DNA from: an uncultured bacterium
GTDB lineage: Bacteria; Verrucomicrobiota; Kiritimatiellia; CAIKKV01; CAIJXV01
NCBI GenBank assembly: GCA_903824675.1
Contig: CAIJXV010000093.1
Coordinates: forward strand, 67,376 to 131,375
Direction of reading: 5' to 3'
Length of the DNA stretch: 64,000 nucleotides
Part shown: piece by piece, positions 46,315 to 56,188 of the stretch
How positions within the stretch are numbered: the first letter of the stretch is position 1
Layout: each line of letters begins with the position of its first letter
Position numbers and translations under genes: made by a program
Notes under the pieces: model-generated
Seen by the model: only the letters and a program-made list of their open reading frames with translations
The model's database searches: none
Told to the model about the DNA's origin: nothing

Positions 46315-47652
46315 TCACCGGTAGGCCGGCAACATCTTTCCGTGCGCTTTAATCAACTCATCGCACAGTTTCCGAATTTGATCGAGGGTCAATTCCGAGG
46401 CCGTATGCGGGTCGACCATCGCCGCATGATAAATGGCCTCCTTCCGGCGGGTTAAGGCCGCTTCGATCGTCAGCAACTGGACATTGATATTGGACCGGTT
46501 AAGCGCCGCAAGTTGCTCCGGAAGATCCCCCACCTGACATCCCTGGACCCCGTTTCGGTCCACCAGACAGGGCACTTCGACGCAGGCCTTGGCCGGCAGG
46601 TTGGGGATCAACCCCTGATTGATCACATTGCCGCCGATATGACAGGGCCGATCGGTTACGATGGCCTCCATGATATAGGAGGCATATTCATGGGACCGGG
46701 CGTGCGTCAGGCTGGGGTTGCGGATCAATTCACCCGCTCTTTTTTTCCAGTGGGCAATCTGGTTGATACAGCGGCGCGGATATTCATCCAAGGGGATATT
46801 GAACTCCTCGATAAGTTCCGGATGCGTCGACTTGATCCAGTAAGGGGTATATTCCGCGTTATGCTCGGAGGATTCGGTGATGTAATATCCAAAATGCAGC
46901 ATCATCTGCAAGCGCACCATGTCCCAGTTTTTCTCAGACCCTTTCCGACGCCAGACGTTCAGCTTTTCCGCCGCCCGCCGTTTAATCTCCGGATACAAAT
47001 CCTTACCGTTTCGTTCAATCTCCAACAGCCACCCCATATGGTTGATCCCGGCGATTTTCCACCGGATCGCGCCCTGCCGGGGATCAATACCCAGGTTCGT
47101 CAACAGCCCTTCGGCGCACACCTGCACGGAATGGCACAACCCCACTCCGCGAATCGATGACCCCCGAAGCAGGGCTCCGGTGATCATGGCCATGGGGTTT
47201 ACATAATTCAGAAACCAGGCCTTCGGACAAACGTCCTCCATATCGCGGGCAAATGACTGCACCACCGGAATGGTGCGCAGAGCGCGAAAAATTCCGCCAA
47301 TGCCCAGCGTATCCCCAATCGTCTGGCGTAACCCGAATTTCTTGGGAATCTCAAAGTCAATTACGGTTGAGGGTTTGTACCCCCCCACCTGGACGGCATT
47401 GACGACAAAATCCGCTCCTTGCAATGCTTTTTTACGGTTGGGCACACCCAGAAAAGCCCGGATACTTGCACGGTTCTGGTTCGCATTGCGATTAATGGTT
47501 TCCAACATGAACAGGGATTCCTTTAACCGGGCCCCGTCGATATCGTAGAGGGCAATCTCCGAATCCCGCAACGCTTCAGTGCACATGCTGTCGCCCAGCA
47601 CATTATTGGCAAAAACCGTACTCCCGGCCCCCATAAAAGCTATCTTTGACAT
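46315..47652 (-). CDS. melA: GH4 alpha-galactosidase/alpha-glucosidase
   Basis: KIAFMGAGS, IGDTLGIGGIFRALRT, LNYVNPM, GLCHSV, AGINHM, TESSEHNAEY. Confidence 0.9.
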   Translation of the reverse strand: MSKIAFMGAGSTVFANNVLGDSMCTEALRDSEIALYDIDGARLKESLFMLETINRNANQNRASIRAFLGVPNRKKALQGADFVVNAVQVGGYKPSTVIDFEIPKKFGLRQTIGDTLGIGGIFRALRTIPVVQSFARDMEDVCPKAWFLNYVNPMAMITGALLRGSSIRGVGLCHSVQVCAEGLLTNLGIDPRQGAIRWKIAGINHMGWLLEIERNGKDLYPEIKRRAAEKLNVWRRKGSEKNWDMVRLQMMLHFGYYITESSEHNAEYTPYWIKSTHPELIEEFNIPLDEYPRRCINQIAHWKKRAGELIRNPSLTHARSHEYASYIMEAIVTDRPCHIGGNVINQGLIPNLPAKACVEVPCLVDRNGVQGCQVGDLPEQLAALNRSNINVQLLTIEAALTRRKEAIYHAAMVDPHTASELTLDQIRKLCDELIKAHGKMLPAYR

Positions 47653-47683
47653 GATTCGTTCCTTGATTATGAACTCGCCTCGT

Positions 47684-48100
47684 TCACTCCCCGATGATTT
47701 TAACTAAAACGCGTTTTTTTCGCTTCCCATCAAATTCGCCGTAAAAAATTTGCTCCCACGGGCCCAGGTCCAGCCGCCCGTCCGTCACCGCCACCACCAC
47801 TTCACGCCCCATGATCGACCGTTTTAAATGCGCGTCGCCATTATCTTCAAATCCGTTGTGGGCATATTGGGAATGAGGCTTTTCCGGAGCCAGCTTCTCC
47901 AGCCATTTTTCAAAATCGGCGTGCAACCCGCTCTCGTCGTCGTTAATGAAGACCGAGGCCGTAATGTGCATGGCATTGCACAAGGCCAAACCCTCCCGGA
48001 TCCCCGACGCCTTGAGGCAGCTCTCCACTTGCGGAGTGATATTCACAAATCCCCGACGGGTTGGCAATTCAAACCAAATCTCCTGCCGGTGACTTTTCAT
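47684..48100 (-). CDS. yjbQ: YjbQ / UPF0047 family protein
   Basis: [39 protein letters not shown]. Confidence 0.9.
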   Translation of the reverse strand: MKSHRQEIWFELPTRRGFVNITPQVESCLKASGIREGLALCNAMHITASVFINDDESGLHADFEKWLEKLAPEKPHSQYAHNGFEDNGDAHLKRSIMGREVVVAVTDGRLDLGPWEQIFYGEFDGKRKKRVLVKIIGE

Positions 48101-49905
48101 TTCACGCCCTGTTGATGCAAACTGCGGTACAGCGTCGCCCGTGAAATACCCAGCAACCGGGCGGCCGCCACCCGGTTGCCCCCGGTGCGGGCCAGGGCGT
48201 TCCGCAGGGTTTCCGGGTCAACCCGAACCCGGGCCCGGAGCAGGGCCGGTTCGGCCCCGGCCGCAGCGAATCCGATCATCGGTTGCGCGGGATTTGCCCA
48301 AATTGCCGGCGGTGGAAAATGTTCGGGCTCGATGACCCGCCCCTTGCATTTCAACAGGGCAAATTGCAGCCAGTTTTCAAGCTCGCGAATATTGCCCGGC
48401 CATTGGTAGGTCAGGAGGACATCGAGACTCGCCGGGCTCAAGGTCACCGGTTCCCGCTCTGCGTCCCGGGTGGCCTGTTCCAGGATATGCGCGGCAATGG
48501 CCGGAATATCCATCCGTCGTTCCATCAGGCGCGGCAATTGAATCGGCATCACGCTCAACCGGTAAAATAAATCCTCGCGGAACCGCTTCTGGAGGATCTC
48601 CTGCTTTAAATCCTTATTCGTAGCGCTGATGACGCGCACATTGACCTTCAGCGTCTGCTCACTCCCCACCCGTTCGAAATGACCCTCCTGGAGCACACGC
48701 AAGAGCTTGACCTGCATCGCCAGCGAAATGTCACCGATTTCATCCAGAAAGATGGTGCCCCCATCGGCCAGTTCAAATCGGCCTTTTTTATCGCGAATCG
48801 CCCCTGTGAAGGCGCCCCGCACATGGCCAAACAGTTCGCTTTCGAGTAGTCCTTCCGGCAGGGCGCCGCAATTGACGGGCACGAACATCTTGTTTCGGCG
48901 CCGCCCCTCGCTATGAATCGCCCGCGCCACCAATTCCTTGCCGGTCCCGCTATCCCCCTGGATCAGCACCGGCACGGGTGAATCGGACAGGTCGCGGATC
49001 AGATCAAAAAGCGCTAACATTTGGGGTGCCTTGCCGATGATGCCGCAAAATGACTCCGTCTCACCGGACCGACGGGATAGAACCTTTTCCCGCGTGATGT
49101 CCCGCAGGGCCATCACCACTCCCCGCGGCTGGCCGGAGTTGTCATAAATCGGAGTGACCTGGGTCATGGTATGCCGCCGCTCGCCGGAGCGGGTCACAAT
49201 ATCCACCGCCCGCTCGCAAATCGGCCGATCCAGAGACGGCACCCCTTCTTCGAACAAACACTTGCCGCCACATAAGCCGCCGGGAAAAAGATCGCCACAC
49301 TTGTGATTCAACACCTCGCTCCGGCTATATCCGGTGATCCGTTCCGCGGCGGAGTTCAGATAAAAAATCCGTTGATCCAGATCATGGGCCAGCAATCCTT
49401 CCGTAATGTTGTCCAACACGCCGGTATATTTCCGTCGCAGGAGTTGAAAGGCATTCAAATACCCATGTTCCAGAAACTCACTCACCCGTCCCCGCAATTC
49501 CTCGCATATAATCCGACTTTCAGCCACGGATACCGTCTCGGAGTTGGCGGTCCAAGCGCGCAGGGTCCATCGAAGCGTCTCGGGATCGCCGGGAAGAAAA
49601 GGCCGATGCCCGACTTCCTGTCCTTCGATTTGTACGACCAAATCAAATCCTTGTGACGGCAGATCGGCCAGGGTAAAGGCGCGATTCGGATGGGGCAGGC
49701 CGGCCTCGGACAGGGCGCTCTGAAAGGCCTCGGGAATACCGGACGTCTCCCATCCGGCACAGGTCACATCCAGATTCGTCGGGCCGCTCCGACTCACCCA
49801 GGCGGCGGCCACCGCCGCGGGTCCCGCCGTTCCAGCGCTCACAAAGAGCAGGCGGAATGGCGCCTCTTTCGCGGAGGGCACCCCCAATAAATGATTATCG
49901 TTCAT
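48097..49905 (-). CDS. Sigma54-dependent enhancer-binding protein: degenerate ArsC/LMW-PTP domain + PAS + AAA+ + HTH_8
   Basis: [68 protein letters not shown]. Confidence 0.92.
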   Translation of the reverse strand: MNDNHLLGVPSAKEAPFRLLFVSAGTAGPAAVAAAWVSRSGPTNLDVTCAGWETSGIPEAFQSALSEAGLPHPNRAFTLADLPSQGFDLVVQIEGQEVGHRPFLPGDPETLRWTLRAWTANSETVSVAESRIICEELRGRVSEFLEHGYLNAFQLLRRKYTGVLDNITEGLLAHDLDQRIFYLNSAAERITGYSRSEVLNHKCGDLFPGGLCGGKCLFEEGVPSLDRPICERAVDIVTRSGERRHTMTQVTPIYDNSGQPRGVVMALRDITREKVLSRRSGETESFCGIIGKAPQMLALFDLIRDLSDSPVPVLIQGDSGTGKELVARAIHSEGRRRNKMFVPVNCGALPEGLLESELFGHVRGAFTGAIRDKKGRFELADGGTIFLDEIGDISLAMQVKLLRVLQEGHFERVGSEQTLKVNVRVISATNKDLKQEILQKRFREDLFYRLSVMPIQLPRLMERRMDIPAIAAHILEQATRDAEREPVTLSPASLDVLLTYQWPGNIRELENWLQFALLKCKGRVIEPEHFPPPAIWANPAQPMIGFAAAGAEPALLRARVRVDPETLRNALARTGGNRVAAARLLGISRATLYRSLHQQGVK

Positions 49906-49906
49906 A

Positions 49907-50971
49907 TCACCCGTTCCCTTTCCCCCGCTTCACGCTATCCCCCCGCCCCCGGGCTGGCGGCCGTTTCAAGCGTTCCAATCGGCGAACAATGCACCGCGCG
50001 CAGGCACCCCCATCTTCATCGACACACGGCTTATTGGGGTATAACTGGTAAAGTGCCCGATAGGCGACTGGCGTGATGTTGGGCATAAACACGTTGCCGC
50101 CCCGGGTCAAGACCAGGTCCCGACCGTTCGGGCAAAGGGCGTCGAAGGCGGTGGTGGCCGGAATATGCGACAGGGGGTTCATCAGCCGCAACAACGCGAT
50201 CGCCTTGAAGTAAATTTCCCGATCCGCCCACGCCGGATGCCCCCCAAGCGGGGTGTCGGGATGGGCGATAAACGGCCCACACCCGATCATATCCAGATCC
50301 AACTGGGTCGCAAATAACAGATCACGGGCCAGCACGTCCAATCCGCTGAAGGGAAGGCCGATCATAAAGCCGCTCCCCACTTGGATCCCCGCCGCCCGAA
50401 TTTGATCGAGACAGGCCAGTCGTCCATCATAATCGTCATCGGGATGAATTTTGGCGAATAACTCCCGATCCGACGTCTCGAAACGGAGCAAATACCGGTC
50501 GCATCCGGCAGCCCGGAACCGGGAATAATCGTCCGCCGGTCGCTCGCCTATCGACAGCGTCACGGCCAGTCCGGCCTCGGCTTTTATTTTTTCCAGCAGG
50601 TCACACACCCGGTCGGTCGTGAACCAGGGATCCTCGCCCGATTGCAAAACGACCGTGCCAAATCCCCAGTCGCGGGCCTGGACCGCCTGTGCCACGATTT
50701 CGTCCGGAGCCATCCGATACCGCTTGACCCCGGGACTTCCGGCTCGAATACCGCAATAATCACAACGCCGGTGACAATAATTGGAAAACTCGATGATCCC
50801 CCGTAAATGCACCTCATCGCCCACCGCCCGGCGCCGAACTTCGTCCGCCCGCGCATACAATTCCCGCAAATCATCACCCTGGACCTCAAGTAAAGCCCGA
50901 AGGTCCGCCTCTGTCGGCGGACGATCATTCCGGTTGAGCCGGTCCAATGGTTGCTCGAGTTCGGGTGTCAT
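49907..50971 (-). CDS. hydE: [FeFe]-hydrogenase maturase HydE (radical SAM)
   Basis: RGIIEFSNYCHRRCDYC, VLQSGED, RYLLRFETS, GSGFMIGLP, GPFIAHPDTP, IPATTA, MPNITP..YR.LYQLYPNKPC. Confidence 0.9.
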   Translation of the reverse strand: MTPELEQPLDRLNRNDRPPTEADLRALLEVQGDDLRELYARADEVRRRAVGDEVHLRGIIEFSNYCHRRCDYCGIRAGSPGVKRYRMAPDEIVAQAVQARDWGFGTVVLQSGEDPWFTTDRVCDLLEKIKAEAGLAVTLSIGERPADDYSRFRAAGCDRYLLRFETSDRELFAKIHPDDDYDGRLACLDQIRAAGIQVGSGFMIGLPFSGLDVLARDLLFATQLDLDMIGCGPFIAHPDTPLGGHPAWADREIYFKAIALLRLMNPLSHIPATTAFDALCPNGRDLVLTRGGNVFMPNITPVAYRALYQLYPNKPCVDEDGGACARCIVRRLERLKRPPARGRGDSVKRGKGNG

Positions 50972-51000
50972 CGTAACGATCGCTTTCGAGGATCTGTCCG

Positions 51001-52068
51001 TCAGGCGCGAATCAGTTTTTTGCCCAGGGCTTCTTCATAAATGGCGAGGACGTTTACAAGAGGAGTGTCGGGTTGGATGCAATGGGCCGGCGAAAAAATA
51101 TAACCGCCGCCCCGGGCGATCACATCCAGCCGGTGCCGGGCTTCTCTCCGGCACTCGGCTTCGGATTTGAAGGGCAGTGTCTGCTGGGTACTGATCAGTC
51201 CGCAAAAAGCCAGCCGGCCACGGGCCACCGCACGGATCGTTTCCGGGCTCATCCCGGCCGGCTCGGGCTGCATCGCATCGAGCACGTCCAACCCCATGTC
51301 GATAAAGGTCGGCAGAAGATCATGGGTGTCACCACAGGAGTGCATCATCGCCTTGCAACCGAACTCATGGGCCAAATCATAAAACTTTTCCAGCCGGGGC
51401 CGGAAAATCTCCTCGAAGTCCGGCGCGGAGAAAAGCCGCCCATTCTGGGTGCCGCAATCCTCGCCCAAATGAAGAATATCGATTTTGCCCCGGGCAACCT
51501 CCAGGGAACGACGCATCACCGTATACCAGTAATCGACCCGGCGATCGATGATCGCCATGCCCACTTCATCGCGCAGGGCGATGTCCATGAGGACCTGCTC
51601 CATGCCACGTCCGCGGGATACGCCGTTGACAATATCGGGAATACCGGCGCCGCCCAGCACGATGGCATAATCCTTGACCTTGTCGCAATCCGCAACGAGC
51701 TGCGAATAGTCCACATCCCGGGGATCGGGCCAGGCATACTGATTGACATCCTCCATCGTTTTCAAGTCCGCCAGGGGCAGGTGGACCGCTTCGTCATAGG
51801 TTCCCCGCAAACTGTGCTGGATCCGGCGATATCCCGACCCCCACAGATCATAAAAATCAACATCCGTCCGGTTGGGCCGCTGGCCTTTGAAATCGGGGAA
51901 CACGGGCATGACATGCCGGAAATCGATCCCCAAAGCCTCCAGGAAATCCTGGGGGGCAAAATAGGCCTTCAGCGTGGATTCCATCTCAGGCGTCAGATAA
52001 ATCTGCAAAGGCACCCGATCCGTTGTTTCCCATTTCAATGCCCGAAGTACTCGTTCCTTAGAAGTCAT
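51001..52068 (-). CDS. Uroporphyrinogen decarboxylase-like (URO-D/MtaA superfamily) protein
   Basis: MTSKERV...DRVP, RGMEQVLMD, GEDCGTQ, MHSCGD, GGGYIFSPAHCIQPDTP. GGAGG RBS. Confidence 0.85.
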   Translation of the reverse strand: MTSKERVLRALKWETTDRVPLQIYLTPEMESTLKAYFAPQDFLEALGIDFRHVMPVFPDFKGQRPNRTDVDFYDLWGSGYRRIQHSLRGTYDEAVHLPLADLKTMEDVNQYAWPDPRDVDYSQLVADCDKVKDYAIVLGGAGIPDIVNGVSRGRGMEQVLMDIALRDEVGMAIIDRRVDYWYTVMRRSLEVARGKIDILHLGEDCGTQNGRLFSAPDFEEIFRPRLEKFYDLAHEFGCKAMMHSCGDTHDLLPTFIDMGLDVLDAMQPEPAGMSPETIRAVARGRLAFCGLISTQQTLPFKSEAECRREARHRLDVIARGGGYIFSPAHCIQPDTPLVNVLAIYEEALGKKLIRA

Positions 52069-52090
52069 GCAAAATCCTCCCTGTCGATGC

Positions 52091-52119
52091 AGTATAATTT
52101 CTGAAGGATTAATATGAAA
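52091..52119 (-). promoter_or_regulatory. Possible promoter for the UroD-like-hydE-bEBP-yjbQ-melA operon
   Basis: TTTCAT-N17-TATACT on the minus strand. Confidence 0.45.
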
Positions 52120-52209
52120 GCAAGAAAACAAGGCTCGTTCTGCATTTCTGTGGGTTACTTGAGTTCGGCTCACTGGAATGCCCGCAATTACTCAGGATGT
52201 CGGATTTTC

Positions 52210-52467
52210 ACCACAGAGGCACGGGGGCACGGAGAGAGAAAATCACACCGCCCCCGAAGCGGGCTGTCTCGAAAGGCGGCCTTTCAAGCCATCCCGTGTG
52301 TTTCCTTGAGGGGGCCGAGTCCACTGATTACTTCAACGGATATGCAGCTCCGGTGTTCTCCGGTTCCTTCAAAATCCAACGCGGGCCGATTGGGCACGCT
52401 GCGTGCCAAGGCGGACCGCATCTGCGGTTTCCGGGCTGTCACCTCCGTGTCTCGGTGACACCGTGGT
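52210..52467. repeat. Structured intergenic element bounded by imperfect 25-bp inverted repeats
   Basis: ACCACAGAGGCACGGGGGCACGGAG (52210-52234) versus CTCCGTGTCTCGGTGACACCGTGGT (52443-52467): 19/25 complementary, with several internal hairpins. Confidence 0.65.
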
Positions 52468-52594
52468 TAATCGCTTTCCCGTCAGTTTTGCGTGGGACGG
52501 CAACGGGACAGGAGGAACCCTTATCAAGGGCGAAACCAAAAGTGGTTACGGGTTAAAAGATCCCTCGACCCTTCCAATGCCCGTCAACCGGCCA

Positions 52595-55150
52595 CTACTC
52601 ATCCAGCAATCGGTAATTCCGGATGACCAATGAGTTTTGACCATTCACCACGTACGGGTCCCGCCACAATTCAACAAGGCCGGCCCGGGTGTTAAAACCA
52701 AACACCATCCCGCTGACCCCTGTGTTTTGCGCTTGAAACCCTCGTGCTATTTCGCTGGCCATGATGACCACAAAGAAATAATTCTGACGGGCATCAAACA
52801 GGCCCACCGAGTTGCGAATCAGGGATTCATTTCGGAAAGGGGGGTTATGATTGGTGGTCGCAAACAGGTTGTTTGCATACGAGAAGGTATCCATCATATT
52901 CGTCATGTGCGCGATCAACCCGGTATAATTGGTAATGGACTGCTGAACGATGCTATTCGTCCACAAAACCGCCAATTCATACGCATCCTTGACACTTAAG
53001 CGCGCCACCGTGGCCGTATTCTGGTAAGGATATTGATCCAACGGCATATTAAAAAAGGCGGAGGCCAACACATCCGCATCATAGGTATTGGGATTGATCT
53101 TGCCCCGTGCCACTCCATTCGTCGACAGGGCAAAAATGTCGAAAATCCGATCCGGCGGATAATTCGGGCCACCGACCAACCGAATGGTATCCCATTTGCC
53201 AACCGGCAGATAACCCAACTCACTGATGCTTTGCAAAGTTCGCTTGGAGTTGGTCGGGGACAGGACATACATGGTATCAAAAGGATCGGAACATTTCGTC
53301 GTCGTCCAATCATTGGTCGCACAATGATTTACAGTCCCGATCGAGGGGTGAGTTTCGTTTGACAAAAGCGGCGAATTCGTGGCTTGATAGGTTTTCCAAA
53401 AGAAATCCGACGCATTGGTTGGCGATGCCCGCCGCCAGTTGAATCGGGGATCGACACACTCCATACCTGACCAACCTAAATTAATGGTATTGGTTGTAGC
53501 AACCGCAGTGGCGGGTAACGTAACCCCCGCCGGCTTCAGCGACGGCACAAAGAAAACCAGTTGCTCTACCACGTCATTGGTCGGATAGGGTACCGCATCG
53601 ACCATCTGATGGAGTGAATCGAATATCTGGGCGCGCTTAACTTGAACCCTTAAACTGAGATTTTGTTTAGTTGCGGCTAAATTGGTGTAAATCCCTGACG
53701 TCTGAATGGAGCCCAAATTAATGGCGCGATACTTATTGCCGACAGCCATGGCGGGGAATATGGGGTATGATTTTGTAAAAGTCTGGATTGCCGGCGAAGG
53801 TACAAATCTAGAATCGGTGGATCCGCCGCCGATGCCAAATTGAAAATCCACTTCCAGGCTGTAGTTATTGACGAGCGGCAGTTCCATAAACGGATAGCAA
53901 ACCTCAACATAGAATGTCATGACGTGTGTCAAAGTGCCATCCGGCTTCAAAACAATCCGATTGGTAATGCCGATTTCATTGATCATGGGGCACAATTCGG
54001 TCGACGGTCCGCCTTTAACGCTCACCGCATTGGATGGGATGGAATCAAGATCCAGGTAATCCACCAAACTATCAAAAACCCACTTTGAATTTACGTTATT
54101 AAATCGGGAGGGATCGCTCGCTATGAGTCTTGTTGTAAAGTCTCCCTCAATTTTTTGCAACTGATCCCACCGCCCCGTCAAGACCAGCGCATCAGACGGC
54201 GAGAATTCGCCGGGAGGGAATCGGGAATACACGGCAAAATTATCGGGCCAGTACGAAAATCCACGGTTTTGGAAGAGCTCAGCGACGCTCTCATACTTTC
54301 CAAAATCCGCCCGGTCCATCAGGAAGTCGGCCAACGCACTTGGATCCTGAAATTCATTGGTCAAGGCGCCCAATTGGAGCTCATTGGCGCGAATCCCCAT
54401 CTGGCGTGCCGCATTCGACGCCCCGGCATAATTGGCATCCAACAGCCCTGAACAATTGAAGATCGCATAGGCGAATTGAACTTGTTTGCTGGGCATCGGA
54501 TTCAGCGGGGAATAACCGGTCATTTGGTTAACATCCACCAGGTTCCATTCCGGCGCAGGAATTTTCGCAAACCGATCATTTGCATTCCAACTTATCGGAA
54601 CGTTTTTATTCGAAACCTTAATCCCCCACTCTGCTCCATAATCCTCAATGGTTTGGATCCAACCAATGGTATTTTGGCTTAAATTGATCACCGCAAAATT
54701 GGTATTCATATCGGCGAAGTCCGGGCTGACGGTCCGCAGAAAAACGGCATCCCCCACCCGCGCCACACCCAAGGGCATAAACGAGCCGGCGGGCATGTTG
54801 GAAATGGCGCCGGTCATTGCGGCTAGAAATTCGGCCTTACAGGTCGGCATCACCGGATCGCTGGGATCATGCTGAGACATCATCGCATTGTACTGTTGAC
54901 TCCAGTTCGGGTAGACGTCCGAATTTAAATTGGTGGTGACATCCATCAAGGCTCGCGCCAGGGCGACATTCAGCACATGCCGGGAAGAGATATCCATCCG
55001 GTAATAATTCGACGTCGTGTTCTCTGTTCGCATGAAATAAACAAAGGCCGTCGCCATCAGGGTCAGCAGCGACAGCAACCCCAATACCACCACCAATGCG
55101 ATGCCCTGCCGCCCTTTTCGACGGTCCCTGTTGAAATCAGTAATCGTCAT
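52595..55150 (-). CDS. Large PilX/GspK-like minor pilin (Verru_Chthon cassette protein A-like)
   Basis: RRKGRQG|IALVVVLGLLSLLTLMATAF class III signal lacking Glu5; 851 aa; AGGAG RBS. Confidence 0.75.
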   Translation of the reverse strand: MTITDFNRDRRKGRQGIALVVVLGLLSLLTLMATAFVYFMRTENTTSNYYRMDISSRHVLNVALARALMDVTTNLNSDVYPNWSQQYNAMMSQHDPSDPVMPTCKAEFLAAMTGAISNMPAGSFMPLGVARVGDAVFLRTVSPDFADMNTNFAVINLSQNTIGWIQTIEDYGAEWGIKVSNKNVPISWNANDRFAKIPAPEWNLVDVNQMTGYSPLNPMPSKQVQFAYAIFNCSGLLDANYAGASNAARQMGIRANELQLGALTNEFQDPSALADFLMDRADFGKYESVAELFQNRGFSYWPDNFAVYSRFPPGEFSPSDALVLTGRWDQLQKIEGDFTTRLIASDPSRFNNVNSKWVFDSLVDYLDLDSIPSNAVSVKGGPSTELCPMINEIGITNRIVLKPDGTLTHVMTFYVEVCYPFMELPLVNNYSLEVDFQFGIGGGSTDSRFVPSPAIQTFTKSYPIFPAMAVGNKYRAINLGSIQTSGIYTNLAATKQNLSLRVQVKRAQIFDSLHQMVDAVPYPTNDVVEQLVFFVPSLKPAGVTLPATAVATTNTINLGWSGMECVDPRFNWRRASPTNASDFFWKTYQATNSPLLSNETHPSIGTVNHCATNDWTTTKCSDPFDTMYVLSPTNSKRTLQSISELGYLPVGKWDTIRLVGGPNYPPDRIFDIFALSTNGVARGKINPNTYDADVLASAFFNMPLDQYPYQNTATVARLSVKDAYELAVLWTNSIVQQSITNYTGLIAHMTNMMDTFSYANNLFATTNHNPPFRNESLIRNSVGLFDARQNYFFVVIMASEIARGFQAQNTGVSGMVFGFNTRAGLVELWRDPYVVNGQNSLVIRNYRLLDE

Positions 55151-55706
55151 TGCGGCTCCTGTGATAATTCGGGAAGTAGACCCGTTTGGAAAATGAATTG
55201 GAGAAATTATTGGTGGCCGCTCCGCGCGCCCGATCATCCGACGCGCGGAAACTCAAATTAATATCGACAAATGAGGGCGGGTCAACGGAATCCAACTCAA
55301 AGGTCAAAGAATCAATATTTCGGATGATTTCGTCGTTGTTCCGCCTGAGAATCCCGCCCGACAGCTCGAGCTTCACCTCGGCCACTAATCCATCATCCGG
55401 ATTGACTCCGTTTGTGCTGTCGTTCAAAATATAGTATGTAATTTTGCTGCCGCTGACCGCGGGGACCGGCAGGCGCGAATCGGCATTCAAGGAAAAGACC
55501 GCCTTGGCCACCTCGCGCTCCAAATAATCCATGACCGTCCGCCCGATCATATTAATTTCAGCCTTGCGATTCCCGATCTCCCAGGCCCGGGTCGCATTGG
55601 TAAAGAGCCGGCTGCTCATCATCACCAGGAGAACCAGGATGAACATGGCCACCAGCAATTCAATCAATGAAAAACCGCCGGATGTGGAATCGGAATGCCT
55701 TTTCAT
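55137..55706 (-). CDS. PilW/GspJ-like minor pilin
   Basis: SGG|FSLIELLVAMFILVLLVMM. Confidence 0.85.
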   Translation of the reverse strand: MKRHSDSTSGGFSLIELLVAMFILVLLVMMSSRLFTNATRAWEIGNRKAEINMIGRTVMDYLEREVAKAVFSLNADSRLPVPAVSGSKITYYILNDSTNGVNPDDGLVAEVKLELSGGILRRNNDEIIRNIDSLTFELDSVDPPSFVDINLSFRASDDRARGAATNNFSNSFSKRVYFPNYHRSRNDDY

Positions 55707-56188
55707 GGAGAAGGTGCCCCATAAATCAATTCCGTGTAAAAAACCACGGGATCCGTGAATTGCGCCGATTTCCCATTTTGCACTTCCAGCCGGACCCGCC
55801 ACACCGGGGTCGAAGGCACCGTGGTATTCAATCGCACAAAATATTTCCAGCTCAGGACATTTCCATTGTTCGTCACCACATTCGGCGCGACTTGGTCATC
55901 GCCCGTCGGAACGTTGCCAAAAATGAGCGTCTGGTTTTCAAAATCAGCGATCGTTTCCGCCATCAACGCATTCGTCGCCTGGAAAGAATTAAACTTGTCA
56001 TCGGCAAACATCGCCGCCCGCGTATTTTGCACCGCAGATTCAACCTCTCTCAACCCGACGGGAAATAAAGACATCAAGGTCACCAGCCCAATCGCCACCA
56101 CCAACATCGCCAGGCAGATCTCCACCAAGCTGAACCCACCCTGTCCCGCCGGCAACCCGGCCCCTGTAAGGCGCTTATTCATAATCAA
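55703..56188 (-). CDS. PilV/GspI-like minor pilin
   Basis: QGG|FSLVEICLAMLVVAIGLVTLMSLFPVGL. Confidence 0.85.
   Translation of the reverse strand: MIMNKRLTGAGLPAGQGGFSLVEICLAMLVVAIGLVTLMSLFPVGLREVESAVQNTRAAMFADDKFNSFQATNALMAETIADFENQTLIFGNVPTGDDQVAPNVVTNNGNVLSWKYFVRLNTTVPSTPVWRVRLEVQNGKSAQFTDPVVFYTELIYGAPSP

Noticed and set aside
51073-52104. Long antisense ORFs (also 27902-28597, 37556-38404, 44903-45853, 61987-62835)
   Set aside because: These are shadow frames opposite well-supported genes, as expected in GC-rich DNA, and carry no recognisable motifs.
52320-52375. Cobalamin-riboswitch-like core on the minus strand (GAAGGAACCGGAGAACACCGGAGCTGC)
   Set aside because: The following CCCGCxACTGT and B12-box elements are missing, and a separate promoter lies between it and the UroD-like gene. 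An Rfam scan would settle it.
52293-52385. Rod-like hairpin as 6S or SRP RNA
   Set aside because: About half the length of 6S RNA and lacks the SRP GGAA/CAGG-AGCAG motif; kept only as an unexplained structure.
52500-52570. CTTATCAAG as the start of a SAM-I riboswitch
   Set aside because: The downstream SAM-I elements (kink-turn, GCAACC, GTGC) are absent.
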